In this document: positions 53,478-64,000 of the stretch, one piece after another
Layout: each line of letters opens with the position of its first letter
Numbering within the stretch: the first letter of the stretch is position 1
Source of the DNA: Squalus acanthias
Taxonomy: Eukaryota
NCBI GenBank assembly: GCA_030390025.1
Contig: CM059432.1
Span: 124,498,001-124,562,000, forward strand
Length of the DNA: 64,000 nucleotides
Direction of reading: 5' to 3'
The notes under the pieces: model-generated
What the model was told of the DNA's origin: nothing
The model's database searches: none
Seen by the model: only the letters and a program-made list of their open reading frames with translations
Position numbers and translations under genes: made by a program

Positions 53478-53719
53478 TAATGAGGGCCACAGTGCCCAAA
53501 ATTTCAGCCCAAGTTTAAAATGTGGCCAGTGTGTTATGCAGGAATATCCCAGTACACAAATAATCCTATAAACAATACATTCACATTGACTGGATGCTTT
53601 CATTGAATGGTCAAAATCATGTAAAAATTCTTTTCCCTTCCCAGCTTTGCCAATGGATATAGATTTGCTCTAAAAGTATTTGACAAGCTTCTGTAATATT
53701 CGGTTTTGTTTGTGCCATT

Positions 53720-54736
53720 GGCCGGGATTTTGCTCACCTGAGCGGGTCCGGGGCGGGCGTTGTCGGTGGCGGGTCGTGGCCCTGCTGCCGGCTCCAGCCC
53801 GCTGTCTAACATGAATTTATGTTGCTAGGGCTTGTTAAGTCCACCCAGCGCGTTTCCCGGTCCGATTAGATGGAGAGGGTCTGGTGACGTCATTCATGAC
53901 ACAGCTTGAGCCGTTCCTTAAAGGGACCATGGCCACCTTACTTTTGACGTTTGTGCTGTCAGTGTTCTACAGCATTGAAGTGCTGCAAACGCTGACAATC
54001 ACTGCACAGAGGTGCAGGGCTGCATCGAGGCTCTCCCAGTCAGACCACGCAGGGAGGTCCTCTTCCCTTCTGATGGGCGGAAGACACCTCCCCAGGAGAC
54101 CCAAACAGCCTGGTTGCACATTGCACAGGAGGTCATAAGCAGGGATGTGGTCAGGAGGACCTGGGTGCAGTGGCGCAAACCTTTCAATGATCTCATTAGA
54201 TCATGAAATGTTAGTACAAAGCCACACTCAACCTCATCCTGTTATGCCTCTCATCACATCCCCATCACTCTGGCTTCCCTACCCTACTCCTGTACATCTT
54301 TACTCACACCAACTTATGTTGCACCTCCACCCATCCCTCTCTATCTACATTATCACATCCCCATCTCACTAGCCACCCTCACACTCACCATCATCCTAGT
54401 CCAATCATAACAACTAACAATACATTTGGGTGTTTTATCCAATGTTCATGTAAAGCTTCTGTTAATGTGCTGTCAAACATTGAAATCTTTATTTTCAACA
54501 CTTTCTGGTCTTGGACAGATTTGCAATGAATGGTGAGACATAACGGTACCCCCCACAATGGTGATGAATGTGAAAGGAATGGCTTGGGCATTGTAGGGAT
54601 GCTTTATGGTGTTGGTGTGGGGTGGTGCCAACCTGGCGCATCATTGGCAGCCAGGGTGTACAGCGTCAAGTGAAGTAAATCTGGCCATGGTGAGGCCATC
54701 CTTGGTCTCCCGGGCAGCAATGTGCTGCTGACACAT
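53720..54736 (+). mobile_element. Non-autonomous Harbinger derivative, right end lost
   Basis: Left TIR GGCCGGGATTTTG, Myb exon 1 remnant (QTAWLHIAQEV...RTWVQWRKPFNDL), and a transposase C-terminal remnant on -. Confidence 0.78.
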
Positions 54737-55489
54737 TGGCCCAGAAATTAAACACGGAGCGTTCCTGCGGGGGTAAGGCTTCCCCGCGATATCTCACTGC
54801 GCGCCTACCTTTTCCCTCCGGGCTCACACGAACTTTAGTTTCAAGGCCAGTCCCACATGCAGCTGTGCAGTGCTTGCGTGACCCACAGACGCAGTTAGTT
54901 CGTGCGAGCTGTGGGATCACGTGATTCAGTTAGAGCCAAGGCAGCACACCATCTTTCATTCATAGTTTTGACAGGACAACTGTCAAAGCTATGAATACAA
55001 CTTACCCCCAAAAGAACAGCTAAACCTCAATTAATTTTTTTTTAAAACCATCACATTAATAAAATAACTATATTTAAATAAATTAACCACTTTAAACAAA
55101 AAATTAAATTTTTGAAAAAATTTAAAATCTTTTTAAAAGTTATAAAAATAAACTTACCTTTCTTTAAAGTCTCTAAAAAAGATAAACCTGTTGAAAAAAT
55201 TTAAAATAATACTTAATTTACTACTTACCTTGTTAAAAGAGGGTCTTACGCCTCCTTTCTTTATGTGTAAAATCTTCCATGCTTACCTGCGCGTTCAAAG
55301 CACTAAGTGCACTGCGTGCGCGCAGCCTGTAGCGCGCACGCGGTTCACTTAGGAACCGCCCCCTTTTGAGTTCACGAAGTGCTGGTTTCCCGCGCATGCG
55401 CAGTGCATGCTGAAAACCGGCAATTGGAGACCTAAAACGCGAGAGTACACAGTGCGTACTCTCGCGTATTAGGTCTAATTTTCGGGCCA
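54737..55489 (-). mobile_element. Second copy of the 52710 MITE family, inverted
   Basis: Reverse-complement similarity along the whole length. TIRs TGGCCCAGAAATT / AATTTTCGGGCCA, no clean TSD. Confidence 0.88.
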
Positions 55490-55681
55490 ATTTTTCCTTA
55501 ATTGGGCTAGTTAAGCCCGCTGTGTGGGTTACCCGCCGTGTGGGTTACCCGCCATGATCACAAGGTGCGGGTCTGTTCAGCTGATATGTTGACGCATTTG
55601 CAGCCGATGCATTTAAGGGGGCCATTTCCCCATTAGATCTCAGGTCGTTTCTGTTGCTTCTGACTGCTGCTTCTCACCACG

Positions 55682-57002
55682 ATGTCTGCAGAGAAACAAA
55701 AGGCAGCTCCCCGCTTCAACGAAGACTCCCTCCATGTTCTTGTGGAGGGAGTCAGAGGACGTCGGGAGGCCCTATACCCAGCTGATGGAAGAAGGAAACC
55801 TCCTCAGCCGACAAAGGCAGCCTGGCTGTGAATAGCTGAGGAGGTCAGTGCCAGGTCCATGTACAGATGCACCTGAGTCCAATGCAGGAAAAGGTTCAAT
55901 GATCTCTTGTGCTCTGGAAAAGTGAGTATAAACACACACTTACCTTAATTCTGCTGTGCCTGGCATCACATCCCCATCACTCTGCATTGGTAACCCTACT
56001 CCTGCACATCCTAACTCAACCCAACATCCCTTGCACCATCCCCCATCCCTCTCTCCCTATGCGCAGAATCACTTCCCCATCTTACTATGCACCCCTCACA
56101 CCTACCCTCAAGGTTATGTACTGACAACAACTAACAACTCAAAAGGAGGGAACTCTGTAATGGAAACTCACTCCTTCACAGTCTCCCTCTAAACATCTAT
56201 CCTATCCATTCTTTACACTCATTCATCACTCTCACTGAAACTCCACTTCTTTCCCTCATTGCAGGAAAAGAGAGGCCACAATAAAAGGGAGAGGGAGAGA
56301 ACAGTTCGAGGACCACCATCCTTATCACAGTTGACCAACATTAAGGAGGCCACTCTCGACATTGTGGGATCAGTGGAACAGCTCGAAGTGGGGGACGGAG
56401 AGAGGGGCTCAGTTGAACAACCTGGTGACAGAATGCTTCTCCACCCATCTTATTTGGCTTTCATGAGTGACACATATGGCATCTGATGTCAATAGAAATT
56501 GAATGCTCATCGTGTGCACAATGGGCTGTGTCTGCAATCTACATAACTCATGTCTTTACTCTCCCTCAGGACCAACAACAGCCCCATTATGAGGACTGTC
56601 AGTACAGAGACGGGTTCTCATGGCCCTACTGATGTGCAGCAAGGTGCTCTTCAGCTGCTTGCTAGCAGAGAAGTGTTGGTGGCCCATGAGAGGGATGATG
56701 GTGGGAGGCGACATGCAAGTGGGGGCTCCTCTCCAAGCGCTCCAACTTCCATCCCCTTGCCAACCCCTCGGCCAGAGCCCCAAATGACTGCCGGAGCAGT
56801 GATGGCCAAGTCTGCCCCTGTGCAGTCGCAGGAGGAGCAGACTTTGGCGGGGCCTTCAAAGGCTCCAAAACCCAGAGGACAGCCATGAAAGGCATCTAAG
56901 CAGGTGCAGCAGGGAAGTGAGCAGGCTGTCTCTACATCTGCTGAAGCCACAGGGATAGCACAACGTAGAAGCACACGTAAGAGAAAGCTGACACATAAAT
57001 GA
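55682..57002 (+). pseudogene. Harbinger Myb/SANT gene, 3 exons (55682-55921, 56265-56424, 56570-~57002), disabled
   Basis: Reads MSAEKQKAAPRFNEDSLHVLVEGV...KAAWL*IAEEV...T*VQCRKRFNDLL. Splice sites are the same as in the 3567 copy, and exon 3 lacks the central coiled coil. Confidence 0.8.
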
Positions 57003-57212
57003 TCACAAGGGTACTCACTTGGGTGTTCTGATAGAATTCAATGTTAAGTTTCTGTTCTTTTATTATGTTGGAATAAATTAATCTTGTATGAACATTTGAC
57101 ATCGTTGCCATTTGTGTGCTCACAATTTGAGGTGGCACAGTGAAGGGTGAGGATGCCTTTTATGTCCAGCAATGCAGGTGACAGTGGATATAAAGTGAAC
57201 AACAGATACTTA

Positions 57213-58431
57213 GGCCGCGATTTTGCCAGCGCTCAGACTGCGGGTTTGGAGGCGGGTCATAGGTTAAAATTGTTTTGATTGACGGCGGTTTGCGATCCCG
57301 CCGTCAACCCGCCACCAAACGGCTTTCCCAAGTGTCGGGTCCCCGATTTGCGAATGGATCCGACACCTAGAGGTCGGGAAACGGATTAAAGGCAATTACC
57401 TGCCGATTAACAGGTACTTGCCAGTAGTTGTCAGCCTATTTTTGAATTTTGCCACTTCTGGCTTGGGTTTCCCAACGTCCGGACACCACGCCAGGTAAGT
57501 GTGGCGTGTTGTGAGTCTGCTGTAATGTTTCTGGATTGATGACAGCTGCACAAGTGGTGTGAAGGATCCAATGTTGCACATGGTGAGTCTCAGAGGAAAG
57601 AAAATGTTGGGTGCTGCATTTTTAATACATTTACAGATTTCTTTAGGTTACAAGTTTTTAAATCCATGTCCAGTGCCACCTCATTGGGAGAACCTCTCTC
57701 ACCAGTGACAGATTGCTTCTGTCACCTCACCTGCAGCTGCCATCTATTCCAGCATTTGGAGGGAGTCATTGGAGAGTCTGGGTGCAAGAGGTCACCTTTG
57801 TGCAGTGATTGTCAGTGTTTGCAGCACCTCAATGCTGTCAAACACTGAGAAATCAACAGTCAAAATAAAATTGTGCGTGGTCCCTTTAAGGAAGCCGGCA
57901 GATGACGCATCATCAAATGACGTCATCTGACCCACTTCCTGTTAATTGGCCGGCAAGCCCGCAAGGAGTTTGCACATTCTCCCCGTGTCTGCGTGGGTTT
58001 CCTCCGGGTGCTCCGGTTTCCTCCCACAGTCCAAAAATGTGCGGGTTAGGTTGATTTGGCTATGATAAATTGACCCTTAGTGTTAGGGGGGGATTAAATA
58101 TGTGGGTGATGGGGATAGGATGGGATATGTTAGGGGGAATTAAATACGTGGGGTTACGGGGGTAGGGTGGGATATGTGTATTGTGGGGATTAAAGTAGGG
58201 ACAGGGTACTGGACTTGGATGATCAGCCATGATCGTATTGAATGGTGGAGCAGGCTCGACGGGCCGAATGGCCTACTCCTGCTCCTAGATTCTATGTTTC
58301 TATGTTTCTATGTTTAACAAGGTCAATCAAGGCAAAATCACATCTGTGGAACAGATGCAGCTGGGGCGGGACTGGAAGCTGGAAACCACCTGACCCGCAC
58401 CCAACCCGCCTCCATTAATAAAATCGCAGCC
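57213..58431. mobile_element. Nested non-autonomous Harbinger element
   Basis: Termini GGCCGCGATTTT / AAAATCGCAGCC, with a TTA TSD (57210-57212, 58432-58434). Confidence 0.85.
57963..58313 (+). mobile_element. 5'-truncated HE1-like V-SINE with a CR1-derived tail
   Basis: V-domain GGAGTTTGCACATTCTCCCCGTGTCTGCGTGGGTTTCCTCCGGGTGCTCCGGTTTCCTCCCACAGTCCAAA. The 3' end GATCAGCCATGATCG...GGGCCGAATGGCCTACTCCTGCTCCT(TTTCTATG)n resembles the CR1 tails in this window. Confidence 0.88.
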
Positions 58432-61400
58432 TTACAGCCTCAAGACAGTCTCCCAAATCATGAAATCAGCAACCACTGATATTTGAAATTGAGCAGATTT
58501 GAGAGTGCAGCTTTTAGACTGCAGTTGCAGCTGTGAAGTTTCCAGCTCGTTGGTGTTCCCGACAAACATACCTGACGTGATCTCCGAACGTCGTGAAACC
58601 CGAATAAAATGTTGGAAGATTGCAAAAGGCTCTCAAAATAGCAGTTAACAAGCACTTAACAAGGAGTTAAGTGCCTTAAATCCCTTACCCGCCGCTTGGT
58701 GTCGGGTCTGTTGTGAAATTGCAGACCCGACACTCTTGAAATTCACACGGAGGCAGGTTCGCGGCGGGTTTCCAGCCCGCCGTCAATAAATGCAACTTTA
58801 ACACCTGACCCGCCTCCAAACCCGCCCTCTGAGCGCTGGCAATATCGCAGCCTCTGGTACTGTTAGAAAATCTTACCCTTTAGTGAAATAGCAGTCAGTG
58901 CTATAGTCAAGGCAGACGGTGTAGCCATTAATAATGATCCTCAGATATATTTATTTGTGTTACTGTTGGAGGTTATAGCTCTACAATATTCATGCAGAAT
59001 GAGTCTATCAGCAACATTAGTAGCAAAACGTTTGTACTCTCTTGGCATTGTCATCCAAATTACTCTTGTGTACTTTCACTGGGTGAATGATGTCTCTGAG
59101 AATACAAACTCGGAAAGATCGCCACTGCATCATGCAGGGCTTTACCATCAAATTTGGGAAGGCACAAGGTAGATCATTGAGGTGCAAGGCTGGAAGGTGG
59201 ATATCTTCTCCTGGAAGGAAGAGGCTTCCTCGTGTGTATAAATTTAGGATCCAACCACCTTTATTGGGTCAGTGATATTCGGAGGGTTATGTTGGAGATA
59301 CTGGGCCGTTCCTTTTTTTCTGCCTGTTTATTTAATTATTTGGTTTATGGGTTATATGTACTTATATAAGCATAGTTATACAATGTTTTGTGGCACAAAT
59401 GTTATACATGATGAACTGGATGACGGTCCACAGTCTGTCCATGACTGTTGACAAAAATGCAACTTAAAAAAAATTCTAACAAAAATGGCCAGCTCAAGGA
59501 TCCAGCAATTTCGCAAGATGTACCAGCAATCAAATGGTTAAAAGGACAGAGTAAATGCGCCGGTGTCTACTACTGCTGATAGACACTTACCGACAGCCTA
59601 TGTTATTTTTAAACTTTGGAAATACTCTGCACAGACTAAACCAAAAACAACAGCAAACCTGGAGTCAATCTCTAAAGGCTATAAACAATGACTTGAATGC
59701 TTACAGACAGATGGGGATCCCTACCTAATGTCACTTTACCATATCCACCTTAATCATTGGATGTGCACAGAGCCCAACAGAACACACCGGTAAACAGATT
59801 TTTTTTTTAATTTCCTCCTCTCCTGAGGATGGCAACTCATTTTGGAATCTTGTTCCAGTGCGTGTCAGCAGCCCTTTGGCATCTTGCTGATGTGATCATT
59901 TTTCGTGTGAGAGCCCACATAGTAAGTGTCAGTAAGCTATACCATTTGGCCTAAGCATAATCCAATCCATACACCGTCCACACACCTACCCATTTCCATG
60001 GGGATCATTAGATATTAATCAGGATCCAGGAACCCTGGCTGATTTCTGTCCCTCTGTACTCCAGGAGTAATTCTAGTGTGCTCTCTATTTGAGACCAATT
60101 GGTTCACTGCAGACCAGATAACAAAGCTAGGGCCTTCCTGCTCTGTGTGGGTCAGTAATCATATGGTGCATTTATACAGAGAGCCATCAGAGGAGCACAC
60201 AAGGATAGTTTTTAAACAAAAATGTAAAAAATATAGGGAGGTCATTCTATGGGTAAGTACTTTTCAGTAACAATACTTCCCCATAAAGTTACCTTCTCTA
60301 TTAAAGGGTTACATAAGGAGACTTTTAGAATGTTTTATCTATTCCTTTATTAGATCACCAGATGATGTCAGGAAAAGTCGATCAGTCTACAAGTTTTCAG
60401 TCCCTTTGGTTTGATCCAACTCAGACAAGCCAGTCAAGCTTGAATCTGATCCAATTTAATACCCAATGCTCTTCCTTCTTTCCTCTAACTCAATGACAAT
60501 GTGAAAACTATACTCAATTCCAACTTAAGCTTCTTTCCACGTTGTCAATGGAAAATTTCTGAACCATTCCAAGTCCAAACAAAACAAAAAATACATTTCT
60601 GCTCACCCAGATGACACCCCACAAGTTTACGATGGTTGGAGATTGTCCTGGCACGTTCCCCCCACCCCACCCCCATTATTTAGTGAATATTTCTCTCTGC
60701 CTTATTGAAGCACATGATTTTTAAGTCGTAAACAATTCGTAGGTGAAGAAGTAATATTATTTAAACTGACGTTCCATGATAAGGGTTTACACCTGAGGTG
60801 AATTGATGTCAAATAAACCGTAATGTAAAGTTTTGAAAAATTCCTGTGTAAGAGTTTAAAATATACTTGCAGTAGCAAAATTCGAGCAGACGTCAAAAAG
60901 TGAGATGCTGAATAAATAAGAATAGATGTCAAATTAAGATTTGAAGAAGTAAAAAGGTGCAGTTGGCAAAACTACATACAAACAAAATACCCCTTCATAT
61001 ACAACTTTCACAACAGAATTCCTTGGATTTTAACAGAGGAATGTTTCGGGCCTTTTCAGAAATGTATTAAGTACACATTTAACTGGGGAAAATTATAATA
61101 GTCACAAAAATTAGGCTTTTTGTAACTAGGTATTTTTACATTCCCACAGCATATTTAAATTAGCTTCTATTTTTAACACAAATATCCAGTAAAAGTTTAA
61201 AACACCCAACTTTTCCACACAGTGTCTAGTTACTGTGTACTGTTCTGATTATTGCCAGCAATAAAAAAAACTCTTGTACATGTCCCTCTCGAAACATATA
61301 AGCTGTCTCACCTACCTCGAATCCTTTCAAAGGCAGTTAGTAACTTAGCGTGCTAATATCGTTTTCAAAACTGACTCTTTTTAACAGCAGGAGTAAAACT

Positions 61401-62395
61401 GCAATATTTTCTTTCCCACTAGTCGCCCGCAACTGTGATATCTTCATACAGCCAATACAGAAAGAATGTTTTGCAGCTGTGGCTTCAGTTCAAAGAGTCT
61501 ACAAAATAGAATGCAAATTCTCACATTCTGTAAATCTATCGAAAACGTCTCAAGAGGACTGTTGACAAAGGCTCAATGGGTCAAACTTTTCTTTTAGGGA
61601 AGACAGGTCCACGCTGCGCATAGGAGGCTCCATTATACAAACAAATCTGTAACCTTAAGAAACTAGATCCATCTACTCTTTGCTAACAGAAACCACACTG
61701 ACTTTCTGAGGTTATGCTGAGGGCACCCAGCCTATAGACAATTTCTGTTACTAATAGTCTTGGGATTTAATTATGAAATACTGCAACAAAAAAACCATTT
61801 GAATTGTTTTAAAATCAATTTACCCCTCCGCAACATGGCAAAGAAAGAAACAAACTACACAGATGGTTTGATCTAATTCATTGCAGATGTCATGTCAGAC
61901 AGGGAACATTCAAAAAGCCACTTACTAAAATAAATTGAACTAAAGACAATTGTATTCAATGGGTGGTTTATTATAAATCTGAAACACAGATGTTACATTA
62001 TAGGAAACTCTTAGTGATATTTGGAATGACTTTTTTATTACCACTTCACCTCAGGACTGTAACCCTGATGTAAGAGCTGAAATTTATTTCTACAGGATAG
62101 TAAGCATTGTATGACAGGGTGAGTAGGAAAGCAATTTTCTTTATTTTACAGCTTATTTTGGACTGATAAAGCAAAATATTCTAATTTAAATATGCCGTGG
62201 GAATGTAAAACAGTTTTGTTAAAGATACGTCTTTGAAAGCAAACAATCACATTCTTATCAGAAAGAACTATTTATTTTCTCATACTGTGCATCGCACTTG
62301 TGTATTCATTGGGGAGAAACAGTCCATAACCAATTTCTAGCCCATTGTATTTTATTACCATTATTTCATTACAGAATAGATCAAACCCCCACTCG

Positions 62396-63077
62396 GGGGA
62401 ATTATCACATGAAAAAATGGGTGGGTCGGGGGAGAAGTGAAAGTTGTAAAAATCTAAATCCCGCCCCCCAACCCGCCTCCAACCCGCCCATTTTCAGCTT
62501 TTGCACAAGCGGGACGGAGGGGCGGGCAGCCAACCCACTGCCAGGAGGCGGGTTGGCATTTTAATTATGATATGAGGCTGGAAGCCTCTACTTTAACCTG
62601 TTGTGCAGGTTTAACTGCAGGTGGCCAGGGATCCTGGGGCTCGGGATTCCCGGAAGCTGCAGCGAGGTGAGCACAGCTTCGGGGAGCAATCCTTGTGGCC
62701 GGGAGAAGCAGGAGTGTTTCTTCCCGGCCCCCCAAGCTCACCCGCCAGCAGCCCGCCCCTCCCCGGGGTCGGAGATCGGACCCCCCACCCACCCTGGGGT
62801 CGGGGATTGGACTCCCCCCAGGGCTTGGACCCCACCCTCCCTTGGACCCCACACCTACCTGTTACTGCGGCATCCTCGTCAGCCAGCATTCCCCGCCCGA
62901 CTGGAAGCCAGTCTGTCAATCAGGCTGGCTTCGGGGCGGGGAAACCCGCCCATTGCGTCACACGCACGCTGTGGAGTTAAAACTCCACAGCGTGCCGGAA
63001 ACCCGGACTTCTGGGGTTCCCACGGTCTACCGGGTTCCCCCCGCTCCGGGCAGGTGGGAAACGGGAAAATCCAGGCC
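62396..63077. mobile_element. GC-rich Harbinger-type MITE or remnant
   Basis: Right end GGAAAATCCAGGCC. Internal blocks resemble 13940-14645 in reverse orientation. Confidence 0.5.
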
Positions 63078-63799
63078 AATGAATTTGAACTCGTCTTCAT
63101 TAGATAAATGTCATGAAATTCTGTTACATAGCAGCAACAATATTTTCTTTTGTATATGGAAGCTTCAATTTAGTTATCCCTCTAGTCAAACAACATGGGG
63201 TAAAATTAGTCTTGCGTGGTAGCACAAAATGGGTGATAGCAAATCAGCAGTCTATTTTACACTCGGCCCGATTTTCTTCTCCATTAAACAGCACAGAAGG
63301 TTTAGGTGTTGGGGACATCTTGCAACTTGCCATACAGCAAGTACCTCATCTCAAATTGTGCCACTGTGAGATGGCACCAAGGGGAGGTTAGGCACATACC
63401 TGCAAGGAGGATAGTGGGAAAATCAGAGAGCCAGTCAGTGGAGGCTGCCCGTGTACACCTTGGATAAAGCATTCTGTAGACTAACAGCCGAGGAACGTAT
63501 GTGGTAATTTCTGTGTTAGAACAATACGGCTGCTCTCATAATGGAACACCTGTCTTTTCTGGAAAAGGAAATTTGCATACATTAGTGGCTCTCCCGTCGC
63601 ATTGCACACAGTAATTTGGAGAATATGATGTCTCTCTCTCACCAGTCTCTGTTGTCTCCGTGTTGCTGTTCTCCCTGTGCCTGTCCCCTTCTGCTTCAGT
63701 CTCTCTCTTCCCCATCTGCTACTCTCCGCCTAATTCTTCTCATTCCTCTCTCTGTCTTTTTCTCCTATTCTTTCGGCTGTTGGGTGGCATGGTATTAGA

Positions 63800-64000
63800 G
63801 CCACCAAGCACCGAATTAGAGCTTCAGCAGCGGCTGGAGTCACTGCGGTGCATCCGCGAGGCTGAGAATTACGTGGATAGCACGTTTCTAGAGGTGGTCA
63901 CCCCACAGCTTAAGAGTGTGCAGGCAGAGAGGGAATGGGTGACCGCCAGACAGAAGAGGAGGACCAGGCAGGTAGTGCAGGAGTCCCAGAGTGCATCGCT
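63800..64000 (+). mobile_element. Probable CR1 LINE ORF1 region, running off the window
   Basis: Open frame ELELQQRLESLRCIREAENYVDSTFLEVVTPQ...EWVT resembles shark CR1 ORF1. Confidence 0.65.

Larger units (their letters stand above)
55490..58852 (+). mobile_element. Harbinger element with a Myb/SANT pseudogene (left TIR lost), hosting nested insertions
   Basis: Right TIR GCAATATCGCAGCC. The subterminal region matches ~21700-22114. Confidence 0.75.

Noticed and set aside
62565..63222. Cluster of overlapping 95-175 aa ORFs
   Set aside because: GC-rich MITE-like sequence is depleted of stop codons. The translations are Pro/Gly-rich with no domain.
40300..64000. Neighbouring host gene such as TMX3, expected from mammalian synteny with CCDC102B
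   Set aside because: I found no thioredoxin-like (WCGHC) or other recognisable host exon by eye.

Overview
This is a eukaryotic, repeat-dense window, almost certainly from a shark or other cartilaginous fish: it carries an HE1-type V-SINE, SacSINE1-type DeuSINEs and shark CR1 LINEs. The only host coding sequence I can support is one minus-strand exon of a CCDC102-family coiled-coil gene (CDS 1952-2593), preceded by a short uORF. The rest appears to be its 5' intron or upstream region, with a possible promoter near 36.9-37.1 kb. Mobile DNA includes: (1) two Penelope-like retroelements (RT + GIY-YIG) with 14-15 bp TSDs and minimal hammerhead ribozymes in their 3' UTRs, one of them apparently intact; (2) many PIF/Harbinger derivatives, forming a deletion series from Myb/SANT-gene-bearing elements down to MITEs, plus one old DDE transposase relic; (3) CR1, L2 and Vingi/Ingi-like LINE fragments; (4) a decayed Mag-like Gypsy element with a 125 bp LTR and a tRNA-Ser PBS; (5) an unusually long (~1.65 kb) CpG-rich solo LTR with a 4 bp TSD, itself interrupted by a young CR1. 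I found no convincing wholly new biological system. The best leads are the long solo LTR at a putative promoter, the ribozymes, and the Myb-retaining, transposase-deleted Harbinger family. All family assignments come from motif recognition by eye, not database searches.
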